From Candidatus Fervidifonticultor sextus (lineage in GTDB: Bacteria; Sysuimicrobiota; Sysuimicrobiia; Sysuimicrobiales; Humicultoraceae), in assembly GCA_031459875.1 (NCBI GenBank), contig JAVKHQ010000011.1:17500-81499 (forward strand): a stretch of 64,000 bases of DNA, read 5' to 3'. Below the pieces are notes generated by a model that saw only the letters and a list, made by a program, of their open reading frames with translations, ran no database searches and was not told the origin of the DNA. Made by a program: the position numbers and the translations under genes. This document shows positions 45,976 to 55,445 of the stretch, piece after piece. Within the stretch, counting starts at the first letter, position 1. Every line of letters begins with the position of its first letter.

Positions 45976-46500
45976 ATGACGTGGCGGATCGGACTCGGCA
46001 TGGTGCTTGTACTGCTCGCGGCTCTGGCTCCGGCGGGGGCGCAACCCACCCAACCGGCGGGACCGGCCAACTACATCATCGTGCCCGGACACGCGGTCGG
46101 CGACATCCAGCTGGGGATGACCCAGCAGCAGGTGCTCAACCGGCTGGGCATGCCCGATGAGATCTCCAACGACCGGAGCAGCGACGGGGGCCTGAACGTC
46201 TACTGGATCTACCCGCAGACCGAGCGCACGGTCCTCGTGGTCTCGTGGACGAAGCGGCAGGGGGCCGCCGGCGGCGTGGACTTCATCTTCACCGACGCGC
46301 CCAACTACGTGACCAGCCGCGGCGTGGCCATGGGGAACTCGTCCTTCCGGGATATCCTGCAACACTACGGTGCCCCGGAGCGGCTGGCCGGCGCCGGACG
46401 CGGCTCGGTGATGCTCTACTACGAGTCGATCGGGATCCGATTCCGCGTCGAAGGGGAAGGCGGCCGGGTGACGGCGATCACGGTGGTCCCGCGCAAGTAG
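45976..46500 (+). CDS. Exported hypothetical protein
   Basis: Signal peptide with AxA site; internally repeated 'G..lG....v...G.P' pattern. Confidence 0.75.
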   Translation: MTWRIGLGMVLVLLAALAPAGAQPTQPAGPANYIIVPGHAVGDIQLGMTQQQVLNRLGMPDEISNDRSSDGGLNVYWIYPQTERTVLVVSWTKRQGAAGGVDFIFTDAPNYVTSRGVAMGNSSFRDILQHYGAPERLAGAGRGSVMLYYESIGIRFRVEGEGGRVTAITVVPRK

Positions 46501-46576
46501 CGGGGCGACCGCAGTCCTGCTATCCTGGGAGAGGGGCGATGGATTTCCCGGAGCGGGCGAACCCGCTCCCTGGGAG

Positions 46577-47527
46577 GTGGCCGGATTGAGCAGGAATGTT
46601 CGATGGATGGCGTTGACGACCGTGCTCGCGGTCGCCCTGGCCATCGGCGGGATCGCGGCACCCCCGGCGGCGGGTCAGACAAGCCTGGTGCTGGCCTTTG
46701 TGCCGTCGCTGGATGCGACGAGGGTGCTGGCCACAGGGAGCACGCTGGCCAGGATGCTGGAGGTGGCCACGGGGTACCGGATCCGGGCCGAGGTGCCCAC
46801 CTCCTACGCGGCGACCGTGGAGGCGATGTGCGCCGGGCGCGTGGACATCGCCTACCTGGCGACCGTCGCCTACGTCCTGGCCAACCAGCGGTGCGGCGTC
46901 GAGGCCCGCTTGGTGGCCATCCGTAACGACGAATGGTGGTACGTCTCGCAGATCCTCTACCGCGCCGATCTGCCCATCCGCACGCTGGCCGATCTGCGTG
47001 GGAAGAAGTTCGCGTTCGTGGATCCCGTGTCCACGTCGGGGTACATCTTCCCGAATGCGCTGCTCCGGCGGCACGGCATCGACCCCGACCGGTTCTTCAG
47101 CGAGGTGGTGTTTGCCGGCGGGCACGACAAGGTGGTTCTGGCGATCTACACCGGGCGGGTGGATGCCGGCGCGACGTTCGGCCACAGGACCAATCCCGTC
47201 TTCGAGGCGCGGGATCGGGTGAAGGCAGCCTATCCGGACGTCAGGGAGAAGGTCAAGGTCCTGATGTACACCGATGACATTCCCAACGACACCGTGTCGT
47301 TCCGCCGAGACCTGCCTGAGGAGGTAAAGGACAAGGCCACGAAGGCCCTCCTGCGCATTGCGGCCACCGGTCCCGGGAAGGAGACGATCTTCGCGCTCTA
47401 CCAGCACACCGGCTACGCCGACCTGGAGACGTTGAGGACCACCTACAGGATGCAGCGGCTGGGCTCCATCGACGATCTCTACGCTCCTGTGCGTGAGGCT
47501 GCCAGGTTGCTGGGGCTCAAGCTCTAG
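46577..47527 (+). CDS. phnD: Phosphate/phosphite/phosphonate ABC transporter binding protein
   Basis: Signal peptide, 'SYAATVEAM', 'DPVSTSGYIFP', 'GGHD', 'IPND'. Confidence 0.88.
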   Translation: MAGLSRNVRWMALTTVLAVALAIGGIAAPPAAGQTSLVLAFVPSLDATRVLATGSTLARMLEVATGYRIRAEVPTSYAATVEAMCAGRVDIAYLATVAYVLANQRCGVEARLVAIRNDEWWYVSQILYRADLPIRTLADLRGKKFAFVDPVSTSGYIFPNALLRRHGIDPDRFFSEVVFAGGHDKVVLAIYTGRVDAGATFGHRTNPVFEARDRVKAAYPDVREKVKVLMYTDDIPNDTVSFRRDLPEEVKDKATKALLRIAATGPGKETIFALYQHTGYADLETLRTTYRMQRLGSIDDLYAPVREAARLLGLKL

Positions 47528-47579
47528 CAGGATGCGGGACGGTGCGGCCTCTGTAGATGGGTCGCTCGCGTGAAGGACG

Positions 47580-47617
47580 GGCAGACGGGGAGAAGCGTAC
47601 GCCTCTCCCCGTTTGCC
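47580..47617 (+). other. Intergenic stem-loop between phnD and phnC (mRNA stabiliser or partial terminator)
   Basis: GGCAGACGGGGAGA ... TCTCCCCGTTTGCC inverted repeat with no U tract. Confidence 0.6.
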
Positions 47618-47629
47618 TGAGGGGGTGCG

Positions 47630-48400
47630 ATGGGCGGAGCTTCGGTGCGGGTGGAGCACCTGACCAAAGTCTACCCTGATGGGACCCGGGCCCTGAACGA
47701 CGTCTCCTTCACCGTGAACCCCGGGGACTTCCTGATCGTCATCGGTCTGTCGGGCTCAGGCAAGTCCACCCTGATGCGGTGCATCAACCGGCTGGTGGAG
47801 CCCACTTCCGGCAGGGTGTACGTGGACGACGTGGACGTGACAGCCCTGCCGCTGGACGAGCTGCGAAAGGTGCGCCGCCAGATCGGCATGATCTTCCAGC
47901 AGTTCAACCTGGTGAAGCGGTCCTCGGTGCTCACCAACGTGCTGGCCGGCCGGCTGGGCTACGTCCCGCCGGTATGGGCGCTGTACAACTACTTCCCGCG
48001 CGAGCTGCGGGAGCGGGCGCTGGCCCACCTGGCCACGGTGGGCATTCCCGAGAAGGCCCACACGCGCGCCGACCAGCTCTCGGGGGGCCAGCAGCAGCGG
48101 GTGGGGATCGCCCGAGCGCTGATGCAGGATCCCAAGTTGATCCTGGCCGACGAGCCGGTGGCCAGCCTGGATCCGGCCACCTCACATTCGGTGTTGCGCT
48201 ACGTCGAAGAGTTGAACCGGCGCGAGGGCATCACCGTCATGTGCAGCCTGCACTTCCTCAGCCTTGCGCGGCGGTACGGGACACGCCTCATCGCGTTGAA
48301 GGCTGGCGAGATTGTGTTCCAAGGTCTGCCCGGCGATATCGACGAGCAGCGCTTCAAAGAGATCTTCGGCGAGGAGGCTGTCGAGGTCGAGATCGCCTGA
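47630..48400 (+). CDS. phnC: Phosphonate-type ABC transporter ATPase
   Basis: 'GLSGSGKST', '[15 protein letters not shown]', '[10 protein letters not shown]'. Confidence 0.93.
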   Translation: MGGASVRVEHLTKVYPDGTRALNDVSFTVNPGDFLIVIGLSGSGKSTLMRCINRLVEPTSGRVYVDDVDVTALPLDELRKVRRQIGMIFQQFNLVKRSSVLTNVLAGRLGYVPPVWALYNYFPRELRERALAHLATVGIPEKAHTRADQLSGGQQQRVGIARALMQDPKLILADEPVASLDPATSHSVLRYVEELNRREGITVMCSLHFLSLARRYGTRLIALKAGEIVFQGLPGDIDEQRFKEIFGEEAVEVEIA

Positions 48401-48434
48401 CCCTGTCGGCGACGCGGAGAGGGAGCGCGGCCCC

Positions 48435-49601
48435 ATGGGCGAGAACGCCACCACCCCGATGCCTCGTGCGCCGGAGGTTCCGCGGCCGGCCGCCGGCGTG
48501 CTTCGGGTCTTCTTGTGGATGGTCTTGCTGGGGGTGATCTACGCCTACGGCTGGCAGGTGACCAAGATTGACCTGGGGGAACTCGCCCGGAAGGCGTACC
48601 TGATCACGCCCTTGCTGCGCGAATTGGTCCGGCCCGACCTGGTGGAGCGCCAGCCCCGGCTCCAGGTGGCGGATGCCGGCATCGGGCTGGACGGTGAGGC
48701 GCCGCCACCAGCGCTCCGGACCCGGGGGCCAGGGCGCATCACCCTGACCCCCGCGTCCACGAAGGCCGGAGAGCCCGTGACCGTCACCGGGGAGGGGTTC
48801 GAGCCTACCCGCCCGGTCCAGCTGATCTGGTTCGACCAGTCGGGCACCCGGGTGAGCCTGGGGGAGACGACCACCGACGCTGCGGGACGATTCACCGCCA
48901 CGTTCACCGTACCCAGCGTCATCGGCACACAGCACCACGTCATCGCCGAGGTGATCCTCGAGGGAACCACCCTGCGGCCCAGCAACACGCTGCGCCTGAC
49001 GACCCTCCGCATGATCGAGACGGTCTTCCTGGCTCTGATGGGCACCACCATGGCGGTGCTGGTCGCAGTGCCCCTGTCGTTCTTGGGTGCCAAGAACCTG
49101 ATGGCCCGCAACCTGATTGGGACCGCCATCTACTATGTCATTCGGACGGTGTTCAACATCGCCCGGTCCATCGAGCCGCTGATCCTGGCCACGGTCTTCG
49201 CCGTGTGGGTCGGCATCGGGCCGTTTGCCGGCGTGCTGGCGCTGGGGATCCACTCCATCGCGTCACTGGGCAAACTCTACTCGGAGCAGATCGAATCCAT
49301 TGACCCCGGGCCGATCGAGGCGATCACCGCCACCGGGGCCTCGATGCTGCAGGTGGTGCGCTACGCGGTCGTCCCGCAGATCGTGCCACCGTTCATCGCG
49401 TTCACCATCTACCGGTGGGATATCAACGTGCGCATGTCCACGGTCATTGGCTTCGTCGGCGGCGGGGGGATCGGCTTCCTGCTCATGCAGTACATCAACC
49501 TGCTGCAGTGGAAGCAGGCGGCCACCGCGGTGTGGGCGATCACGGTCGTGGTGGCCGCGATGGACTACTTCAGCGCCGTGGTGCGTGAGAAGGTAGTCTA
49601 G
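48435..49601 (+). CDS. phnE: Phosphonate-type ABC permease with an inserted soluble domain
   Basis: 'GKLYSEQIE', 'YRWDINVRMSTVIGFVGGGGIG'. Confidence 0.9.
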   Translation: MGENATTPMPRAPEVPRPAAGVLRVFLWMVLLGVIYAYGWQVTKIDLGELARKAYLITPLLRELVRPDLVERQPRLQVADAGIGLDGEAPPPALRTRGPGRITLTPASTKAGEPVTVTGEGFEPTRPVQLIWFDQSGTRVSLGETTTDAAGRFTATFTVPSVIGTQHHVIAEVILEGTTLRPSNTLRLTTLRMIETVFLALMGTTMAVLVAVPLSFLGAKNLMARNLIGTAIYYVIRTVFNIARSIEPLILATVFAVWVGIGPFAGVLALGIHSIASLGKLYSEQIESIDPGPIEAITATGASMLQVVRYAVVPQIVPPFIAFTIYRWDINVRMSTVIGFVGGGGIGFLLMQYINLLQWKQAATAVWAITVVVAAMDYFSAVVREKVV

Positions 49602-49652
49602 ACCGGTCCGCCACCGGCCGGGAGAGCCCGGGGCTGCCGACGTCGAGACGCG

Positions 49653-50471
49653 ATGGACGGTCGTCTCCCCAAGCTGGCTGCAGACTGGCGCTGGGTCGTG
49701 CGCGACGGCCTGGCGTGCCTGGTGGCCGCGTCCCTGGCGGCCCTGGACGTGGTCCATGCGTTCACGACGCGGACAGGAGGGACCAGCGCTCCACCCTACG
49801 ACACGCTGAACCTCGGCCGCGGGGTCGGCGACCGCCCCGAGGCGGTGCGGGCGAACCGCGCCCGGGTGCTGGCGACGCTGGGCCGCGCCCCCGACGACCA
49901 CGTGGAAGCCTCGCAGGTCCACGGCGCGGCCGTCGCGGTGGTGGGCGCCGCCCAGCGCGGCCGGAAGGTCGCCGGGGTCGACGCTCTGGCGACGTGCGAG
50001 CGGTCCGTGGTGCTGGCCATGCACTGCGCCGACTGCGTGCCCGTCCTGCTGGCCGATCCGGTGCGGGGCGCGGTGGCGGCCGTGCACACCGGATGGCGGG
50101 GCACGGCGTCCGGGGCGGTGGTGGCAGCGGTCGCTGCGATGGCGCAGGCCTTCGGCAGCCGGCCGGCCGACCTGGTGGCGGCCATTGGACCGGCCATCGG
50201 GCCCTGCTGCTACGAGGTGGACGCACCGGTCCTGGCCGAATTCGCGGCCTGGCCGTGGCGCGACCGCGTCTTCCGGCCGTCGCGCCCGGACCGGTGGTCC
50301 CTCGACCTCCCGGGGGCCAACCGTCTGCAGCTGGTGGCCGCCGGGGTTCGGGACGGCGCCATCAGTACCGCAGGCCTGTGTACCTCCTGCCACGCCGCGC
50401 TGTTCTTCTCCCACCGCCGCGATGGCCGGACCGGCCGCATGGCCGCGTTGATCGCCCTCGGCGGTGTGTGA
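49653..50471 (+). CDS. pgeF: YfiH/PgeF family protein
   Basis: 'HAFTTRTGG', 'QVHG', 'ADCVPVLL', 'HTGWRG', 'FFSHRR'. Confidence 0.93.
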   Translation: MDGRLPKLAADWRWVVRDGLACLVAASLAALDVVHAFTTRTGGTSAPPYDTLNLGRGVGDRPEAVRANRARVLATLGRAPDDHVEASQVHGAAVAVVGAAQRGRKVAGVDALATCERSVVLAMHCADCVPVLLADPVRGAVAAVHTGWRGTASGAVVAAVAAMAQAFGSRPADLVAAIGPAIGPCCYEVDAPVLAEFAAWPWRDRVFRPSRPDRWSLDLPGANRLQLVAAGVRDGAISTAGLCTSCHAALFFSHRRDGRTGRMAALIALGGV

Positions 50472-51265
50472 CCACGGTGCCGCGGCGGGAATCTCGTCCC
50501 GACGACGAGCGGTCTGGTGCGGTGGACGTGGCGGATCGGCTGCAGGAGGTGCGGGCGCGGATGGCGGCCGCCGCCGCGCGGACCGGGCGAGATCCGGCGT
50601 CGGTCACGCTGGTCGGCGCGACGAAGGGGGTCGACGCTGCGCGGATCCGCGAGGCGCTCGCGGCGGGGCTAGTGGACTTCGGCGAGAACCGCGTCCAGGA
50701 GGCGCTGCCCAAGATCGCGGCGGTCGGCCCGGGGCCGCGGTGGCACCTGATCGGGCACCTGCAACGCAACAAGGCGCGGGCCGCCGCCGGGGCGTTCGCG
50801 GTGGTCCACTCCATCGACAGCGCCCGGGTCGCGCAGGCCCTGGATCGGGCTGCCCGGCTGGTGGGCCGGCGCATCCCGGTCCTGATCGAAGTCAACGTGG
50901 CCGGTGAGGCCACAAAGCACGGCGTGGCGCCGGAGGCCGCGGCGGTCGTCGTGGATGCCGTGCGCGCCTGCCCGACCCTGGAGCCGGTGGGCCTGATGAC
51001 CGTGGCGCCGATGGCCGGGGATCCGGAGGAGGTCCGGCCGGTCTTCCGCCGCCTCCGGCTCCTGCGGGATGCGCTGCGCGGCAGGGTCGGGGAGGGTTTT
51101 TGCGAACTCTCCATGGGGATGTCCGGCGATTTCGAGGTCGCCATCGAGGAGGGCGCCACGATCGTGCGGATCGGCCGCGCCATCTTCGGCGAGCGCATGA
51201 CGGGACCGACGGCCACGGGAGAGGCCGCAGTCACCAGGGAGGGGAGGGGAGAGCGGGAGGTGTGA
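50468..51265 (+). CDS. yggS: PLP homeostasis protein YggS/YlmE (start may be 50522)
   Basis: 'FGENRVQE', 'WHLIGHLQRNK', 'LSMGMSGDF', 'VRIGRAIFG'. Confidence 0.94.
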   Translation: MTTVPRRESRPDDERSGAVDVADRLQEVRARMAAAAARTGRDPASVTLVGATKGVDAARIREALAAGLVDFGENRVQEALPKIAAVGPGPRWHLIGHLQRNKARAAAGAFAVVHSIDSARVAQALDRAARLVGRRIPVLIEVNVAGEATKHGVAPEAAAVVVDAVRACPTLEPVGLMTVAPMAGDPEEVRPVFRRLRLLRDALRGRVGEGFCELSMGMSGDFEVAIEEGATIVRIGRAIFGERMTGPTATGEAAVTREGRGEREV

Positions 51266-51266
51266 G

Positions 51267-51665
51267 ATGGGCGCGATGCAGCGGCTGTGGGCATACCTGG
51301 GCTTCACCGACGAGGAGGCCGACGAGCCCGTCGCCGACGACGTGCAGGGGCGGCGCCGGGCTGCCGTCGTCAACCTCCCCACCACGCGCTCCCTGGAGAT
51401 CGTGGTGCTGGAGCCGAAGAGCCTTGAGGAGGCGCGTACTGGCGCCGACCACCTCAAGGCGCGCCGGCCGGTGATCGTCAACCTGCAGGAGGCCGACCGG
51501 GATCTGGCCCGACGGGTCGTGGACTTTACCTGCGGGGTGACCTACGCCATCGACGGGCAGATGCAGAAGGTGGGCGAGGAGATCTTCCTGTTCACCCCGA
51601 GCACGGTGACGGTCACCGCCGAGCCCGGACGGGACAGCGAACACGATCTGTTCCCGGTGCCCTAG
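51267..51665 (+). CDS. sepF: Cell division protein SepF
   Basis: 'PVIVNL', 'RRVVDF..G..YAIDG', 'IFLFTP'. Confidence 0.94.
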   Translation: MGAMQRLWAYLGFTDEEADEPVADDVQGRRRAAVVNLPTTRSLEIVVLEPKSLEEARTGADHLKARRPVIVNLQEADRDLARRVVDFTCGVTYAIDGQMQKVGEEIFLFTPSTVTVTAEPGRDSEHDLFPVP

Positions 51666-51700
51666 ACCCCGGCGCCCTCTGGCCTCCCATCGTCCAGCCC

Positions 51701-52777
51701 ATGCGAACGGTCTGGCTGGAAGACGGCGCGGTCCGCCTGGTGGACCAGACCAGGTTGCCCGACGACCTCGCGGTCGTCTCGTGCCCCACGCCGGAGGCGG
51801 TCGCCGAGGCCATCCGGACCCTGCGCGTGCGCGGAGCGCCGGCTATCGGCATCGCCGCGGCCTACGGCGTGGCCCTGGCGGCCGAGGGGGCCTCTGGTGG
51901 CTCCGGTCGCGAGGCCGAAGAGTGTCCTGCGCCAGCGCGAGTCCTGGCGGCTGTCGAGCAGGCGGCCGCGCTCCTGATCGCGGCCAGGCCTACGGCTGTC
52001 AACCTGAAGTGGGCCGTGGATCGGATGCTGGCGGTCGCGCGTCGCACGGTCGAGGCGGGAGCGGCGGCCCTCGCCGAGCGGCTGCGCCGGGAAGCCGACG
52101 CGATCGCCGCCGAGGACCTGGCGGCCAACCAGGCCATCGGCCGGCTGGGATCGGAGCTGGTCCGGCCGGGTGAGCGGATCCTCACCTACTGCCATACCGG
52201 CGGGCTGGCCACCGCGGGCTTCGGCACGGCGTTCGGCATCGTGCGTGCCGCCCATGAGGCCGGGAAGGCCGTCTGTGTCTTCGCGTGCGAGACCCGGCCG
52301 GTGCTGCAGGGCGCGCGCCTGACCGCCTGGGAGCTCCAGCACTATGGCATCCCCTTCGCGCTCATCACCGACAACGCCGCCGGCTCGTTCATGGCCCGGG
52401 GCGAGGTGGACCGGGTCATCGTGGGCGCGGACCGGATCGCGGCCAACGGCGATGTCGCCAACAAGATCGGCACCTACACGCTGGCGGTGCTGGCGCACGC
52501 CCACGACATCCCCTTCGTCGTGGCCGCGCCCACGTCCACCATCGACCTGTCTGCGGCCGACGGCAGCGCCATTCCCATCGAGGAGCGGCCAGGGCAGGAG
52601 GTGACCCACGTGGGGGGTCGGCGCCTCGCGCCCGAAGGCGTCCCGGTGCGCAATCCGGCCTTCGACGTGACACCGCACCGCCTCATCACCGCCATCGTCA
52701 CTGAGGCCGGCATCGCCCGGCCGCCGTATGACCGGAGCCTGGCCGCGCTGGTCGGGATGGCGGCGAGGAGCGCCTGA
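51701..52777 (+). CDS. mtnA: Methylthioribose-1-phosphate isomerase
   Basis: 'VRGAPAIG', 'RPTAVNL', 'ETRPVLQGARLT', 'GADRIAANGDVANKIGTY', 'NPAFDVTP'. Confidence 0.95.
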   Translation: MRTVWLEDGAVRLVDQTRLPDDLAVVSCPTPEAVAEAIRTLRVRGAPAIGIAAAYGVALAAEGASGGSGREAEECPAPARVLAAVEQAAALLIAARPTAVNLKWAVDRMLAVARRTVEAGAAALAERLRREADAIAAEDLAANQAIGRLGSELVRPGERILTYCHTGGLATAGFGTAFGIVRAAHEAGKAVCVFACETRPVLQGARLTAWELQHYGIPFALITDNAAGSFMARGEVDRVIVGADRIAANGDVANKIGTYTLAVLAHAHDIPFVVAAPTSTIDLSAADGSAIPIEERPGQEVTHVGGRRLAPEGVPVRNPAFDVTPHRLITAIVTEAGIARPPYDRSLAALVGMAARSA

Positions 52778-54105
52778 TGCGCACCCGCCCGGCCGCCGCC
52801 CGGCACCTGGTGCTCGCCTCGCTGGCGCTGCTCTGGGTCGGGCTGGTGATCCGCAGCATCAGCTACCGCGACGCCCTCTGGTTCCGATACTACGTGGTGG
52901 ACCTCGTCTGGCTGCAGTCCTTGTTTCTCGTGCTGGCCATCTTCGGCGGCACGGTGCTGCTCTTCGGGGTGGCCACCCGGCGCCCCCGGCCGGGCCGGTG
53001 GCCCAGCCCGCCATCGGTGAGCGTCATCATTCCGGCCAAGAATGAGGTCCGCGTCATCGAGGGCATCGTGCGGGACGCCTGCGGGCAGGCCTACCCGGGT
53101 CCGCTCGAGGTCATCGTGGTGGACGACCGATCCACCGACGGCACCGCGGACCTGCTGGAGCAGCTGCAGGCGGAGCTGCGGTTCACCGTCGTGCGGACCC
53201 CGCCGGGATCCATCGGCAAGGCTGCGGCGCTCCGGGCGGGGGTGGGATGCAGCCGCGGCGATCTGATCGCGGTGTTCGACGCCGACGCGCGGCTGGCGCC
53301 GGACGTCCTGGCCACGATGGTCCGCCACCTGGCCGAGCCGCACGTGGGCGCGGTGCAGGGGCGCCGCCTGGTGGGCAATTCGCGGCGGAACTGGCTGACC
53401 CGGGTGCAGGACGATGAATACCGGGTCTTCCAGACGCTGCTGCAGCGAGCGCGGCAGGCGGTCGGCGCCTTCGTCTGCCTCGCGGGCAACGGCCTGATCG
53501 TCAAACGGGCGGCGCTGGACGCCGTGGGTGGGTGGAACGACGAAGCGCTCACCGAGGACATCGACCTGACGGTCCGGCTCCACCTGCACGGGTGGGAGGT
53601 CCGGTACTGCTACGAGGCCCGGATCTGGGAGGAAGGGGTCGTCACGCTCCGCGACCTCGTCCGCCAGCGCGAACGCTGGTTTGAGGGCGCGCTCCACTGT
53701 CTGGGCGACTACCTGCCCGATATCCTGATCGGGAGGATGCCGCTACTGCGCCGGCTGGACGCGCTGTTCTTCCTCTCGGGGGCGCTGCTCTCGACCCTCG
53801 CCGCCTTCACCGGGTACTTCTATGGGATGCTGGGGCTCACCCACGCGGCGGTGGTCTTCGTTCACCTTCCAAGCCGCGTGATGGTCACGGCCTCAGCCGT
53901 GTTGACGGCCGCGCTCCTGGCCGCGGTGACCGCCGAGGTGGGCCTGCGGCCTGATCGGCTGGCGGGCGTGCTCGTCCGCTGGACGCTGTTCTCCCTCCAC
54001 ACGCTGCTCATCGTGCCGTTGGCCATTCGCCACTACGTCTACGGTGCGGTCACCGGCGCGCGCGACTGGCGCAAGACGGCCCACGAGGGGACCGGGATGC
54101 GCTAA
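52777..54105 (+). CDS. Membrane GT2 glycosyltransferase with processive-type motifs
   Basis: 'VDDRSTD', 'FDAD', 'TEDID', 'QRERW' (QxxRW) with flanking TM segments. Confidence 0.9.
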   Translation: MRTRPAAARHLVLASLALLWVGLVIRSISYRDALWFRYYVVDLVWLQSLFLVLAIFGGTVLLFGVATRRPRPGRWPSPPSVSVIIPAKNEVRVIEGIVRDACGQAYPGPLEVIVVDDRSTDGTADLLEQLQAELRFTVVRTPPGSIGKAAALRAGVGCSRGDLIAVFDADARLAPDVLATMVRHLAEPHVGAVQGRRLVGNSRRNWLTRVQDDEYRVFQTLLQRARQAVGAFVCLAGNGLIVKRAALDAVGGWNDEALTEDIDLTVRLHLHGWEVRYCYEARIWEEGVVTLRDLVRQRERWFEGALHCLGDYLPDILIGRMPLLRRLDALFFLSGALLSTLAAFTGYFYGMLGLTHAAVVFVHLPSRVMVTASAVLTAALLAAVTAEVGLRPDRLAGVLVRWTLFSLHTLLIVPLAIRHYVYGAVTGARDWRKTAHEGTGMR

Positions 54106-54114
54106 CCCCTCTAG

Positions 54115-55445
54115 CAGGATGCTGAAATTCGAATGTTGATGCAGACCATGCTTCCCGTCCGAGTCCGGGATCTCACGTCCGGTGGTCGTCCAGGCGCCTG
54201 TGAACCAGCCTATCGGCTGGCGTCTTCGCACCTTGACCCTGCTCAGCGGGGGCCATTCGCGTCATGCTCCGGCCTCACTGAGATTGCGGATGCGCAGCAG
54301 GTTGTAGACCGCCGTCGCGAAGACGAAGATCCAGTCGACCTTGGCTACTCCGCGATGGCGGACCTTGCGCAGCAGCCCCACGGTCTTCAGCCAGGCGAAG
54401 ATCTCCTCCACGCGCTTGCGAATTCGCTGGCTGATGGCATAACCTGGCTGGCGGGTCGTCCGCCCATCGATCGCGCTCGCCCGCCCGCCGGTATGCTGGG
54501 CCACATGCGGGGTGATGCCCAGCTCCCGGACCGCCTCTACGAAGTCCGTCGCATCGTACCCCTTGTCGGCGCCGAGGGTGATCCGCGTCCCTCTCGCCAC
54601 GCGGTGCGCCAACGTCACCCCCGTCTCCCGCGCGGCTGTGCCGGTCGAGGGCGTGACGCGGGCTGCGACGACCAGCCCATGCCGATTCTCCATCAGCACG
54701 TGGCCCTCATAGGCCAGCTTGGCTTCGCGCCCCACCCCGCGGCGAGCCAGCCGCGCTTCCGGATCCGTCGTCGAGGCATGCGTGGTGTTGCGCCGCCGCT
54801 CACCCCGGAAGTCGACCGTCGGGTTCCCCGGGTCGTCTGGCGGGGGCGCCTCATCCCGATCCTTCCGCCGGAAACTCTTCAGGCTGGCCCAGGCCTCGAT
54901 CAGCGTGCTGTCGACCGTGAAGTGCTCGTCCGAGAGCAGCCCCCGCATCTGGGCGTGGGCCAGGACGCGCTCGAAGAAGCGCTCCGCGATCTCGCCGTCG
55001 AGCAGCCGCTGGCGGTTCTTCGTAAACGTCGTGGGGTCCCAGACCGGGTCATCCATGTTCAACCCCACGAACCAGCGGAAGAGCAGGTTGTAGTCGAGTT
55101 GCTCCATCAGCAGCCGCTCGCTGCGCACCGTGTAGAGGACCTGGAGTAGCAGCGCTCGCAGCAGCTTCTCCGGCGGCACCGAGGGGCGCCCGGTGCGGGC
55201 GTAGAGCCGGTCGAACTCGGGCGACAGCTCGGTCAGCACGGCATCGACCATCTGTCGGATCGGTCGCAACGGATGGTCCTGAGGGACCCGGGCTTCGGGC
55301 GAGAGGTAGCTGAACATGGCGTCCTGTTTGAGGTCGTCTCCGCGCATCGGATGGGCTCCTATGAGAAGGTCACTGAACTGTGCGACGTCATCGGGCACGA
55401 AGATTCGCCGCTCGGCATCAGAACCCTGGGTTTTTCAGCATCCTG
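54115..55445 (-). mobile_element. Intact IS5-family-like insertion sequence (1331 bp)
   Basis: 13-bp perfect TIR CAGGATGCTGAAA (54115-54127 and 55433-55445) flanked by CTAG on both sides (54111-54114, 55446-55449). Confidence 0.93.
54262..55347 (-). CDS. DDE transposase (IS5/IS1182-like)
   Basis: 'VPQDHPLRPI', 'GRPSVPPE', 'VDSTLI', 'GADKGYD', 'RKRVEEIF'; AGGAG RBS. Confidence 0.93.
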   Translation of the reverse strand: MRGDDLKQDAMFSYLSPEARVPQDHPLRPIRQMVDAVLTELSPEFDRLYARTGRPSVPPEKLLRALLLQVLYTVRSERLLMEQLDYNLLFRWFVGLNMDDPVWDPTTFTKNRQRLLDGEIAERFFERVLAHAQMRGLLSDEHFTVDSTLIEAWASLKSFRRKDRDEAPPPDDPGNPTVDFRGERRRNTTHASTTDPEARLARRGVGREAKLAYEGHVLMENRHGLVVAARVTPSTGTAARETGVTLAHRVARGTRITLGADKGYDATDFVEAVRELGITPHVAQHTGGRASAIDGRTTRQPGYAISQRIRKRVEEIFAWLKTVGLLRKVRHRGVAKVDWIFVFATAVYNLLRIRNLSEAGA

